Source of the DNA: Octopus sinensis
Taxonomy: Eukaryota
Direction of reading: 5' to 3'
Assembly: GCF_006345805.1 (NCBI RefSeq)
Contig: NC_043012.1
Location: 56,668,001 to 56,732,000 of the forward strand
DNA: 64,000 nt
The position numbers and the translations under genes are program-made. The stretch's first letter is position 1, and each line of letters starts with the position of its first letter. Below the pieces are notes generated by a model that was given only the letters and a program-made list of their open reading frames with translations, was not told the origin of the DNA and searched no databases. This document shows, piece after piece, positions 1 to 12,448 of the stretch.

Positions 1-1725
1 CAGTTTCAGTCATGGAGACTTTTTTAACTGTAAGTATGGAAAACAATTAAATTTCGGGAAAATTAAATGGAAAGTTTTTTAAAAGAATATTTGCATAGTG
101 TTCAAATACAAGGGGCATTTTCCTTGTTTCTGCCTGTCTCTGTCTTTCTTGTTTACTCTTGTGGGTTCGATACACACAGACACACACATATATATATATA
201 TACATACACACATATATATATATATATATACATACACACATATATATATATATACATACACATATACATATATATATATTTCTTTATTGCCCACAGGGGG
301 CTAAACATAGAGGGGACAAACAAAGACATATATATATATACATACACACATACATATACACACACACACATATATATATGTATATATGCAAGGAGAAGCA
401 GCTGACCTCCCCTGTTCGAAGGTTATAATGGACACAGGTTTGTGTGTCATATAGCTAGATAGAGGCGATGGCCTCTTGGAGCTAATCAATGGCAGCATTC
501 GTCCTATTTTTCTAGACTGTCATGTTAGCTTGGCAATAACTACTAATATCCAGTACCGCTGCAGTAGTCTCCTTTAGAGAGACTTAGCAATATTAATATT
601 TCAATTATATATATACATATACATACATATATATACATACATACATACATACATACATATACATACATACATATAACCTCTTGGCCATGTGCCTCCACAA
701 TCATACATGTAGAACTTTACAAACAAACTTCTAGGTGTTTCTCTCTTGCTAGGTAGGCACAAGGTGTGAGAGTATTTTTGTTACTTTTGATATATTTGGA
801 TTTAGTTCTTTTGCTTCCATAGTGTAAAAATCAAAGATAAAAAGTCCAATATTTAAGCCTTTAGTAATTGGATGTATTAACAAAAGAATGTAGTTAGGTG
901 GTAAGTTTAAGTTAGTCATTTCTTTACTTGTTATTATTTAGGGTATTTATTGTTTTCATTTGTAAGGTTGCGTTATTAGTCAGGCATGTCATGGCTTTGT
1001 TAGTATACAAAATGGCTTCTCTTGAGCTTTTCATGTTTACAAAAGTATTTGAGTTAAGATTGTACTTTTATATATTTCTCATTAGGTGTTCATTGCTCTA
1101 TAAGCAATTTGATTAACATAGAGGTATTTTAAGCTTCTGATTATGTAAGTAGAGTTAGTTTGTTGTTTGCTTATAAAATTTCTTCCAGTTCAGTTCTAGA
1201 TATATGCTAAAGTGGGACAGATATAGGTATATATATGTATTCATGTATGAAAATGGGAACAAAAATATAATATAATTGAATTAAAAAGAAAAAAGAAAAG
1301 AAAGCGTTCTTTCAGTTTGCTTTCGTGTATATTTAGGTTTGTGTAGTTATATTACAAAATCTTATGTGGGGATTTTAGTTGGAGATAGGGAGACTTTTAG
1401 ATAATTTCTCGAATACTAGTTTAGTATCAAAGTGTAAAACTGTAAGAGTGTTTCTTTTTCCATAACAAGCAATATAAAAACCTAATGGGCACCCCACTCA
1501 AACCCATACACCTGAAGAAGATTTTAACTCAACAGAGACTACATAAAGACCAGACTAACTTTAAAGCATTGAAGTCCAATGATGGCTTAGATGGCTGTAA
1601 CTTCGAAGTCACTGTCAACAACAATCTTGTTTAAGAATAATAAATTTGTACTCTACATAAGTATAGAGTGACCCATTTGATTAATGTAATATTGGTTGTA
1701 TTATAACCGAACAGAAAAATAAACA

Positions 1726-1771
<46 letters not shown>

Positions 1772-1772
<1 letters not shown>

Positions 1773-3041
1773 GAGGGGCGTTCAATAAGTAATGCCCCTG
1801 ACCCACTTGCAGTTGTTTGATCTAGCTGAAATTTTGCACGTGCACTTATTTATACCTCTATAGATTAAGTGGCGAATTACAGCTATGAACTAATTGTGGT
1901 TTCTGATTTACAGGTGTTTGAACTGAGTCAAGTGTGAAATGGAGCCTGTTGAGTGTCGAGCAGTGATCTGGTTTTTGTATTTGAAAGGACGCACACCACG
2001 GGAGACTTTTGATGAAATGAAAGTAACTTATGGTGATGATGACCCATCATATGACCTTGTAAAACGCTGGCATTGTGAATTCAAATATAGTCGGAACTCT
2101 GTGGAAACAGCTCCCAGATCTGGTCGCCCCCTTCTGCCATTGATGGGATGTCTGTCCGTCAAGTTGAGGCTGCCATTTTGGAAGGTCAACGCATAACTAT
2201 TCGCTAAATAGCCCATAAGGTCAAGATTAGTACTGGGTCTGTGGAAACTATCATTCATGACCATTTGCATATGCAAAAGGTGTCTGCCAGATGGATTTCC
2301 AGGTTGCTCACACCTTTCCAGAAGCAAGAACGCGTTGAGTGCTCGAGGATGAATTTGGAGATGTGCCAAGAAGATGAGTCAAAATTTTTCAAAAGACTGA
2401 TCACACAGGATAAAACCTGGGTCCATCACTATGATCCATAGACCAAAGCCCAGTCAATGTAGTGAAAGCACCGTGACTCACCTCCTCCAAAGAAGGCAAG
2501 GGTGCAGCCCTCCGCTGACAAGGTTATGCTCACAGTCTTCTGGGACCAGGACGGAGTAGTGATGAAAGATTTCCTGGCAAAGAGTACCACAATTACAGGA
2601 GCCTATTATGCTTCACTCTTGAGGAAATTAAGAGAAGCTATCAAAATCAAGAGGCGGGGCAAGATCAGCAAAGGCATCCTCCTCCTGCAGGACAACGCTC
2701 CGGTCCACAACTCGCGTGTCGCCAGATCAGAAGCACAGGCGTGCAGCTATGAACTCCTTCCCTTGCACCCTCTGATTTTCACCTCTTCCCAGCCATGAAG
2801 TTGATTTTGAAAGGAAAGCGTTTCCCAGATGATGCAGCCTTGATTTCTGAAGTCACGTCGTGGTTGGAGGACCAAGCTGGGGTCTTCTACAAAAACGGTC
2901 TCCAGAGCTGTATCAAACGATGGGAGAAATGCATAACTCTGGGTAGTTCCTATGTAGGAAAAGACTAATAACTGTGCCAAGTGTCGTTGCTCTACTGCTA
3001 TGGGAAGTGGGTCAGGGGCATTACTTATTGAACGCCCCTTG
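1772..3041 (+). mobile_element. Mariner DNA transposon, near full length, inactive
   Basis: TIRs GAGGGGCGTTCAATAAGTAATGCCCCTGACCCACTT / AAGTGGGTCAGGGGCATTACTTATTGAACGCCCCTTG; sits in a (TA)n tract; contains transposase remnants. Confidence 0.95.
1939..2968 (+). pseudogene. Mariner transposase pseudogene (frameshifts, stops, YSPDL motif deleted)
   Basis: ORF pieces 1939-2196 (HTH region), 2241-2441 (WISRLL, TQDKTWVHHYDP) and 2502-2798 (KVMLTVFWD, LLQDNAPVH); reading ends RWEKCITLGSSYVGKD*. Confidence 0.93.
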
Positions 3042-3079
<38 letters not shown>

Positions 3080-3360
3080 ACAAGCTTCTTTCAGTTTCTG
3101 TTTACCAAATTCACTCACAAGGCTTTGGTTGGCCCGAAGCTCAAGTAGAAGACATTTGCCTAAGGTGACACACAGTGGGACTGAACCCGGAACCATGTGG
3201 TTGGGAAGCAAACATTTTACCACACAGCCATGCCTGCACCTATTTTATATATACACACACACACACACACGTGTGTATAATTATATATGTATATATATAT
3301 TACACATACATTTGTCAGTATATACATATATATACATACATATATATATATATATATATA

Positions 3361-4179
3361 CAAGATAAGAAAATGGAGAAATACATCTAAATCAAATATC
3401 AATTACCAGATAATACTCAATCACATACTTTATTAAACCACCACATAAGAGACTGTAGGGTTAAACATAAAAAAGCAGAACAAATCAGTGTACATAAAGG
3501 AATAAAAAAGTGTACATAAAAGAGTGATGTTGTATAATAATCATATAATCATCTCGTTTAAGTCCGTTCTCCATGCTAGCATGGGTTGGACGGTTCGAAG
3601 GGGTTCTGGGAAGCCAGAAGGCTGCACCAGGCTCCAGTCTAATTTGGCAATGTTTCTACCGCTGGATGCCCTTCCTAACGCCAACCACTCCGTGAGTGTA
3701 GGGGTGCTTTTTACGTGCCACCTGCACAGGTGCCAGGCGGGGCTGGCAACGGCCACGGTCAGATTGGTGTATTTTATGTGCCAACGGCACGGAAGCCAGT
3801 CGAGCGGTTGCTGGCATCGGCCACGAGTCGGATAGTGCTTTTATTACGTACCACCAGACCAGGGATCCTGGCTGTTCAATTCGATTTCGATTCGCTTGCC
3901 CCAACATGTCTTCACAAGCAGAGGGGGTTGGCAAGGGTGCCTGTTCGTACGGTCGCATTGGAGTATTTTACGTGCCACGGCCACGAGTCGGATAGTGCTT
4001 TACGTACCACCAGACCAGGGATCCTGGCTGGTTCAATTCGATTTCGATTTCGCTTGCCCCAATAAGTAGAATATATATAAAAAAGAGAATTATACATATA
4101 AGTAAATATAAATATGGTATAGATTACATCTTACCAGTATATACATATATATACATACATTTGTGAGTGTGTCTGTGTG

Positions 4180-4221
<42 letters not shown>

Positions 4222-5038
4222 AGATAAGAAAATGGAGAAATACATCTAAATCAAATATCAATTACCAGATAATACTCAATCACATACTTTATTAAACCAC
4301 CACATAAGAGACTGTAGGGTTAAACATAAAAAAGCAGAACAAATCAGTGTACATAAAGGAATAAAAAAGTGTACATAAAAGAGTGATGTTGTATAATAAT
4401 CATATAATCATCTCGTTTAAGTCCGTTCTCCATGCTAGCATGGGTTGGACGGTTCGAAGGGGTTCTGGGAAGCCAGAAGGCTGCACCAGGCTCCAGTCTA
4501 ATTTGGCAATGTTTCTACCGCTGGATGCCCTTCCTAACGCCAACCACTCCGTGAGTGTAGGGGTGCTTTTTACGTGCCACCTGCACAGGTGCCAGGCGGG
4601 GCTGGCAACGGCCACGGTCAGATTGGTGTATTTTATGTGCCAACGGCACGGAAGCCAGTCGAGCGGTTGCTGGCATCGGCCACGAGTCGGATAGTGCTTT
4701 TATTACGTACCACCAGACCAGGGATCCTGGCTGTTCAATTCGATTTCGATTCGCTTGCCCCAACATGTCTTCACAAGCAGAGGGGGTTGGCAAGGGTGCC
4801 TGTTCGTACGGTCGCATTGGAGTATTTTACGTGCCACGGCCACGAGTCGGATAGTGCTTTACGTACCACCAGACCAGGGATCCTGGCTGGTTCAATTCGA
4901 TTTCGATTTCGCTTGCCCCAATAAGTAGAATATATATAAAAAAGAGAATTATACATATAAGTAAATATAAATATGGTATAGATTACATCTTACCAGTATA
5001 TACATATATATACATACATTTGTGAGTGTGTCTGTGTG

Positions 5039-5080
<42 letters not shown>

Positions 5081-5897
5081 AGATAAGAAAATGGAGAAAT
5101 ACATCTAAATCAAATATCAATTACCAGATAATACTCAATCACATACTTTATTAAACCACCACATAAGAGACTGTAGGGTTAAACATAAAAAAGCAGAACA
5201 AATCAGTGTACATAAAGGAATAAAAAAGTGTACATAAAAGAGTGATGTTGTATAATCATCATCATCATCATCGTCGTTTAACGTCCGTTCTCCATGCTAG
5301 CATGGGTTGGACGGTTCGACCGGGGTTCTGGGAAGCCAGAAGGCTGCACCAGGCTCCAGTCTAATTTGGCAATGTTTCTACAGCTGGATGCCCTCCTAAC
5401 GCCAACCACTCCGTGAGTGTAGTGGGTGCTTTTTACGTGCCACCTGCACAGGTGCCAGGCGGGGCTGGCAACGGCCACGGTCAGATTGGTGTATTTTATG
5501 TGCCACCGGCACGGAAGCCAGTCGAGGCGGTGCTGGCATCGGCCACGAGTCGGATAGTGTTTTTACGTACCACCAGACCAGGGATCCTGGTGGTTCAATC
5601 GATTTCGATTTCGCTTGCCCCAACATGTCTTCACAAGCAAAGGGGGTTGGCAAGGGCCTGTCGTACGGTCGCAATGGAGTATTTTACGTGCCACGGCCAC
5701 GAGTCGGATAGTGCTTTACGTACCACCAGACCAGGGATCCTGGCTGGTTCAATTCGATTTCGATTTCGCTTGCCCCAATAAGTAGAATATATATAAAAAA
5801 GAGAATATACATATAAGTAAATATAAATATGAGTATAGATTACATCTTACCAGTATATACATATATATATACATACATTTGTGAGTGTGTCTGTGTG

Positions 5898-5928
<31 letters not shown>
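3361..5928. repeat. Tandem triplication, 859-bp period; each unit holds an RTE 3'UTR-type repeat (minus) and a (TA)n tract
   Basis: Units begin CAAGATAAGAAAATGGAG at 3361, 4220 and 5079; ORF translations of units 1 and 2 are identical. Confidence 0.95.
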
Positions 5929-5933
<5 letters not shown>

Positions 5934-6483
5934 TACATGCATAATCATATAGAAATATTGATAAACACATCCTGTGACATATATCGAGGTCAAGTACTAA
6001 GCTAAGACTTATATGTAAAACAATAGTGATTTATCTACCTGTGTGACTCATAGCAGAGTATATACAAGATGTAACAAAGTAGTTTGCTTTTCTTACTCAT
6101 TCCTATTATCTTCTGGTTTCCATTTCCTAGTGGCATATGTTTGTATCAATTATCGTTAGTTCTAGTCTGTGCAAAGCCTTTCTTTCTTTTTTTTTTTTTA
6201 TAATTAATGTTATAGTCAGACAAGAAAGGTAACAGGACTAGGAGAGAGAGAGAGAGAGAGAGAGAAAAGGGCAGCAAAACCATGAATCATAAAGTACAGT
6301 AATAGGCAGTGTTGCTCAAAATATATTAATACTGAATACCTGGCCCAAATACCTTACGACAAAGGATTTTAATAAAAGTATCCAATGGCCAGATGTCATT
6401 ATCTTTAAACCTGGTGATGGATTGATGGATTAATGGATTAAGTACACTATCCAAGAGCAAGTGTAGGCTTCTGCACAGTTTCT

Positions 6484-6893
6484 TATTTCTTTACTGCCCA
6501 CAAGGGGCTACACACAGAGGAGACAAACAAGGACAGACAAATGGATTAAGTTGATTATATCGACCCCAATGAGTATCTGGTACTTATTTAATCGACCCTG
6601 AAAGGATGAAAGGCAAAGTCGACCTCGGTGGAATTTGAACTCAGAATGTAACGACAGATGAAATACCTATTTCTTTACTACCCACAAGGGGCTAAACACA
6701 GAGAGGACAAGCAAGGACAGATAAACGGATTAAGTCGATTATATCGACCCCAGTGCATAACTGGTACTTATTTAATCAACCCCGAAAGGATGAAAGGCAA
6801 AGTCGACCTCGGCGGAATTTGAACTCAGAACGTAGCGGCAGATGAAATACCGCTAAGCATTTCACCTGGCGTGCTAACGTTTCTGCCAGCTTG
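6484..6893 (-). mobile_element. SINE family B, head-to-tail dimer
   Basis: Two copies of the GACTTTGCCTTTCATCCTTTCGGGGTCGAT-type core; 13-bp TSD CTGCACAGTTTCT flanks the whole dimer. Confidence 0.88.
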
Positions 6894-7074
6894 CTGCACA
6901 GTTTCTCTCTACCCAATTTCATTCATGTTTTGGATAAACTCGAGTTATGGTGGAAGGCACTTGTCCCAGGTGCTGTGCAGTGGGATTGAAATAGAAATTA
7001 TATGTCAAGTTTAATAAAACTGTGGCTAACCATGCATACAGGCAAGTCCTCTATGGTCTTTGACACCATAATGT

Positions 7075-7447
7075 AAAAAGTGCTTGTGCTGGTGTCACAT
7101 AAAATGCACTCATGCTGGTGTCGTGTAAAATGCACTCATGTTGGCATTGTGTAAAATGCACACATGGTGCCATATACAATGAACATACTCATGCTGGTGT
7201 CATGTAAAATGCACTCATGCCAATGCCACATATAGTGTACATGTACCAGTGCCACATAGCAAGCAGTTGTGCTGGCACCATGTTAACGCACTTGTGGCAG
7301 TATCATGTAAAAAGCACCCAGCACATTAGGAAGGGCATCCCGCCATAGAAACCAAGCCAAAACTGACAATTGGCACCTAGGCATCTGGCCAGCTCCAGTC
7401 AAACTGACACATGTCAGCATGGGAAATAGACTTTAAATGATGATGAC
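7075..7447 (+). mobile_element. Decayed RTE 3'UTR-type repeat with internal ~29-bp tandem units
   Basis: Repeated TGCTGGTGTC..TAAAATGCACTCA units, then AGGAAGGGCATCC and a (TGA)n tail. Confidence 0.65.
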
Positions 7448-7770
7448 GAGGAGGTGGTGGGGGTGAGCTTCTTAACCATACAGCCACGCCCACTTGAGGT
7501 GTTACCAAACTTCTGCTTTCACCAGGACAAACTTGCCATTCTTACAACAAAATCATGAGAAAATTGGTATCAAAAACATCTCTCATCTGGCCAAACTTAG
7601 ACTAATTTTTAGTATGCCAAATGTTTCTTTTTCACTTAATTCACATTAATTTTGAAATATTTTGAGGGAAAATTACTAATTAATACTTCAATCATTTTTA
7701 TTTAATTATTACAAAAAATATATTGCATTGTTGCCTTTCCATTTAAAAAAAAAATATTTTATTACTTTAA

Positions 7771-7973
7771 CCCTTCTGCATTCAGATTACTTTGTCAAAT
7801 GCAATGCTTATTTATTCACATCGTTTAGAATTAATCATGCATTATCTCATAGCTTTGAGGTTTCAATTATGTGATTGTTTACTTTTTAAAATGACCTTGT
7901 AGGGTAGGTGCGAGTGGCCGAATCTGGCCACTTTGAATATAAAACAGATTTGGCCATTTTAAATGCTAAAAGG
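7771..7973. mobile_element. piggyBac-type MITE (TTAA TSD)
   Basis: TTAA|CCCTTCTGCATT...AATGCTAAAAGG|TTAA; a second copy lies at 54232-54451. Confidence 0.8.
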
Positions 7974-8204
7974 TTAAAAGATGTCTGGTTATATTTTGGC
8001 ATTTATGTATTTGGCACATCATTTCTCTTTACTTGCTCCCCACTCACTTACTCTCAGTTTCTACACACACACACACACACACACAAATATATATACACAA
8101 ACACACATACATGTTTTTCTTAAATCCCTGCTCCAGGTAAATGCATTGCCAGCTGTCTTCTAACCTCTCAGCTGTATTTTTACACTCCTCTTATGTTTTT
8201 ACCA

Positions 8205-8237
8205 TTGATGAAGGACAAACGTCCAAAATGTTAAGAC
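8205..8237 (+). ncRNA. Decayed minimal hammerhead ribozyme motif in a Penelope-like pLTR remnant
   Basis: TTGATGAA-GGAC-AAAC-GTCC-AAAATGTT, compared with CUGAUGAA-stemII-GAAACGU; C3 and G12 mutated. Confidence 0.5.
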
Positions 8238-8885
8238 TCTTTTCCTTCATTGTTTTAAGTGTTAAACTGATACAATATGTGTTAAAACTTATTCCTTGTG
8301 TGCTGTCTCTTCATTTTGTTTGTGTTTGTTACATTTCATATATAATGGATGTTAAATGATGATGATGATATACAAAATCAATACAACAAACGAAGGCCAT
8401 CATCGTACACACACACACACCAGCCATATCGTACTATATTTCAATAGATCTGAATTTAGAGAAAAACTTGGAAAACAACAAAGGAATTTGAACAAAAATG
8501 TGTAAGTGAAATGCAACAGACATTCAGCAAACTAAAGTGAACTAACATCTGGGGAAATTATAATATAATGACTAAGATGAATTTGTGTGTGTGTGTGTGT
8601 GTATACATATATATGTAGTTGTGATAACTTCTGTGAACATAGTGCTGACAACTGTACAACACTCCTTTTCAATTAACATATAGAAGGGAAAAAAGAAAAA
8701 GACAATGTGTGGTATGTGTACACTATACACATCCATACACATACACACACACACATACTTTTACCTGAGATATTGATATATATGTAGTTTTATACGAGAT
8801 ATTGAGGTTTACACACGTACACATTTCCACTTTTACTTTGATATGCACTTTTATTCAAGACATTGATTTTATACATACACACACA

Positions 8886-9082
8886 CAAGGGTGTGCTGAA
8901 AACTTCCTGGCTTTAAGGCTGTCACAAAAGGCCTGGTTGAAGGCCCAACCTTCCAACTACTTTTACGGAGCTTAGAAAAATTGAGAGACCGATGCAATAA
9001 GTGTGTAAATCTGAGAGGGAACATAACTGATCTGCCTGTTTTTTCTTTTACCTAAAGCCAGGAATTTTTCAGCACCGCTTTG
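8886..9082 (+). mobile_element. Mariner-derived MITE (~200 bp)
   Basis: TIRs GTGCTGAAAACTTCCTGGCTTTA / TAAAGCCAGGAATTTTTCAGCAC; related copies at 14212 and 15579. Confidence 0.8.
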
Positions 9083-9149
9083 TGTGAATGTGTGTATATA
9101 TATGCATATATGTATGTCTATGTATATATGTGTGTATGTATGCCTGTGT

Positions 9150-9395
9150 CATCCATGTTTTTAACCGTTACTGTCTCCAAAAAAGTTTTTTTCGTTTCAT
9201 GTTCGTCTCTGTTGCGTTGCATTCTTTCCTTCTGTGGCTGGCTGATTCAGAGCGGATCTCAGAATTAAACAGCCGAAATCTGCGATGAGGAATCAGTTTC
9301 TGACTGAAGAACGAAGGCTTTGAATGACCCGTTTGTCTTTTATGTTTGTCCCTTCGTGTATTTCACGTTATTTATTTATGTAAAGGTTTATTATA
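9150..9395 (+). repeat. Dispersed repeat, probably a Penelope-like terminal-repeat fragment
   Basis: GCCGAAAT...TTCTGACTGAAGAA.GAAGGCT.TGAAT is shared with 48533-48650 (+) and 57950-58090 (-); flanked by (TA)n. Confidence 0.5.
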
Positions 9396-9720
9396 TATAT
9401 ATATATAGTTGAAAAATATTGTTATAGGTATAAAAACACCATAAACAATTATAGAAAAATGGAGGAGAAAAAAAGATGTTGAATTAAAATTAGATTTAAT
9501 ATAAAATAGGATTCAATACATATGCGCGTTTCAAAGGACAATACAAATATGTCAGAAAAATTATTTTTCAACTACTATTTTCATATTCTTATTACTTGCT
9601 CTGGCTGCTTTTTATGAATATGATGAATCTTTATGAGAAATCATTCTTTCTCTCTTTTTGGACTTTTCAAAAAGTTTGAATTGTTCTCTTTTGAATTTAT
9701 CCCCCACCCACATATATATA

Positions 9721-10263
9721 TCTGTATATACAAAAGGCAGGATGTGTGTGTGTGTCTGTGCGTACGTGAACGTAATTTATGCACGTCCACAAATTAGTAC
9801 GCATGTCGCTCCAATTTTAGGAGGACATTCGTCATGACCCTAGCTGTATTTTTGTCAACCAGCGAATAGCAGTAAAAATTAATTTTCAACGAAAACTTTT
9901 AACAATTTTCAAGTCAGAGAAATCACCATTGTTTGCAAACAGGAGTTAAGTCCCCTCCTAGTGGCGAGTAAGTTTTTAAGAGTTTTGTTGTTTTTTTTCC
10001 ATCAAGGAAAAAAATGTTTTGTTGATATACGGGCAATACACACACAAACATGTATGCGTGCAAAAAACATGTATGCAATAGGTGTGTGTATGTGTGTTGC
10101 CCATATATATATATATACACACACACACAAACATATATAAACCAATTTCAACGGATTTCACTCAAATTTGACGTCGATGTTACTTGGTTTGGTTTGAAAT
10201 AAAGAACTTAATTAGCTTAATAATCCTAACTTGATCCCGGGCAAAGGTGGGTTATACTGCTAG
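9721..10263 (+). mobile_element. Non-autonomous Helitron
   Basis: A|TC 5' end; 3' CCCGGGCAAAGGTGGG hairpin-like motif then CTAG|T; no TSD. Confidence 0.75.
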
Positions 10264-10486
10264 TATATACTCTTTACTCTTTTACTTGTTTCAGTCATTT
10301 GACTGCGGCCATGCTGGAGCACCGCCTTTAGTCAAGCAAATCGACCCCGGGACTTATTCTTTGTAAGCCCGGTACTTATTCTATCGGTCTCTTTTGCCGA
10401 ACTGCTAAGTGACGGGGACGTAAACACACCAGCATTGGTTGTCAAGCAATGCTAGGGGGACAAACACAGACACACAAATACATATA

Positions 10487-10904
10487 TCTCTTATTATAAA
10501 AGGCAGATTTTATCTGCCTTCCTTTGGGAGTTATACAAATCTACAATATAGGATTTCTTCAATTACAATTTACCTGGCATTTTTAAGAGTACAATGCATC
10601 GCGTCATGCCAGGTCCAGTTTTTAAAATTTAAACTCCAATTAAGCAAAATTTACAGAAAACTCACATTCTGGTGTGTGTGTCAAATGCTTTTCTTAGTCT
10701 GGTTTACACCACACGCAAACACACACACAGTGGGCAACTAATAAAATGAAACTAATTCACTTACTGTAGTGAGTGATTCTTTCACTCTGCCTCCCACTTC
10801 CTATTTCCACACATACACACGCAAATATATAAATAAAATTGTAAGCTAACGTGCGTGTGTGTGAGTGTGTGTGTGTGTGTGCGCGTGTGTGTGTGTGTGT
10901 GACG

Positions 10905-10940
<36 letters not shown>

Positions 10941-10985
10941 GCGTAAGTGTGTGACAGGAAAGTTTTTTTAGACGAATATAACACC
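10487..10985 (+). mobile_element. Helitron-like 5' fragment
   Basis: A|TCTCTTATTATAAAAGGCAG start resembles the 9721 element; 3' CTAG end not found. Confidence 0.5.
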
Positions 10986-11386
10986 TATATCCAAGTAGCA
11001 GAAAGATAAGACAGTAAGGTGTGATTTGGGGGAAATTTTGCTGCTATTTCTACCAGGTCTAGCTACCATGTAGAGGTCCCCCTCAATTCTTTTATTCTTC
11101 TGCTTTTTCCAGCCATTGCTCTGTGGCCATGCTGGGGCAATGCCTTGAAGAATTGTAGTTTAATGAATCAACTCCAGTTTTATTTTTGTAAGCATAGTAC
11201 TTATTCTATCTGTTTCCTTTGTCAAACCACTAGGTGACAGGGATGTAAACAAACCAACATTCGTTGTCAAGCAGTGGTGGAGGACAATCACAAGCACAGA
11301 CACGCACACACACACACACATACATGCATACACATATACACACATACATACATACATACATATATATATATGTGTGTATATATATA

Positions 11387-11710
11387 TTGCAGCATGGAAG
11401 GTGTTTGTAAGCCATTTAAGAAACACACAAAAACCGTTACATTCACTTCAACATTTAAATTTAATTTGCCAAAATATTTTCGTCGCTTTGAGACCGCGAC
11501 CTGTTCACTGACAAAAATATTGTGCTAACAGGTCGCGGTCTCAAAGCGACGAAAATATTTTGACAAATTTAATTTAAATGTTGAAGTAAATCTAATGGTT
11601 TTTGTGTGTTTCTTAAATGGCTTATAAACACCTTCAATGCTGCAACTGTTTTCGTTCCAGCACACGATCTCAGATCAAGTCACTTGCTATGCAAGTACAT
11701 CTCTGTAACT
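11387..11710. mobile_element. Inverted Penelope-like terminal-repeat pair (119-bp arms, 21-bp spacer, extra tail on the right arm)
   Basis: Arms 11387-11505 and 11527-11645 are reverse complements with a few mismatches; contains a hammerhead motif; inserted in (TA)n. Confidence 0.75.
11465..11515 (-). ncRNA. Minimal type I hammerhead ribozyme candidate, G3-C8 variant
   Basis: UUUGUCA GUGAACAG GUCGC GGUCUCAAA GCGAC GAA AAUAUU U UGGCAAA: 7-bp stem I, 5-bp stem II, palindromic stem III. Confidence 0.7.
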
Positions 11711-11805
11711 ATATATATATTTATATATATATATATGTATATTGGTAAAAACAGTAAGATAACAAAAGAAAGAAAGAGACCTCAATATTATGTAAATAGA
11801 GGAAA

Positions 11806-12199
11806 TCTTTATATATAAAAGTGAGGTTGTGTGTCTGTCTCCTACGATTTAGATTCCTAACTACTCCCACATTTTGCGGTGCAGTTTTAACCAAAACCGG
11901 GTATCTTATAGTCGTGATTCATATCGAGACCGTCTGGGTATTAGCGCGCGTCTACGATGAGTCTACGATTTAAAAAAAATTTAACATCAATTTTTCCCAT
12001 TTTTAATCCATTTTTGACATATATAAGGGAAGTAACTCTCTAAAATTTATTATTAAATCTCAGAACGTAAAAAGCTACAGTAACACCCCTCCCCCTTTGT
12101 GGTTAGCCATATTGAGATGGCTATTATACTTTACATCTCTAAAAATGCTTATATAATTATTTCCCTTACAAACCCGAGCAACGCCGGGCGATACTGCTA

Positions 12200-12200
<1 letters not shown>
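11806..12200 (+). mobile_element. Non-autonomous Helitron
   Basis: A|TCTTTATATATAAAAG start; CCCGAGCAACGCCGGG hairpin then CTAG|T. Confidence 0.85.
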
Positions 12201-12231
<31 letters not shown>

Positions 12232-12414
12232 GACAGGCTTCTTTCAGTTTCCGTCTACCAAATCCACTCACAAGGCATTGGTCGGCCCGGGGCTATAGCA
12301 GAAGACACTTGCCCAAGATGCCACGCAGTGGGACTGAACCCGGAACCATGTGGTTGGTAAGTAAGCTACTTACCACACAGCCACTCCTGCGCCTATACTT
12401 ACCACACAGCCACT

Positions 12415-12448
<34 letters not shown>

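Larger units (their letters stand above)
10270..12393 (-). mobile_element. tRNA-derived SINE family A split by ~1.75 kb of nested insertions (tail 10270-10480, head 12230-12393)
   Basis: Both halves match intact copies such as 13746-14150; the break lies in the internal (CA)/(TA) tract. Confidence 0.7.

Noticed and set aside
47-498. Many 60-140 aa ORFs rich in YIYI, HTHT, CVCV or ERER (also at 3000, 11160, 23180, 52038 and elsewhere)
   Set aside because: They are translations of stop-free (TA)n, (CA)n and (GA)n microsatellites and SINE bodies, not genes
680-1730. Strand-biased AT-rich block that might be a Penelope remnant
   Set aside because: No readable RT or GIY-YIG motif and no complete ribozyme found
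9270-9335. CTGAAGA plus short stem plus GAAT in the 9150/48533/57950 repeat
   Set aside because: Lacks GAAA and a definable stem I or III, so it is not counted as a hammerhead
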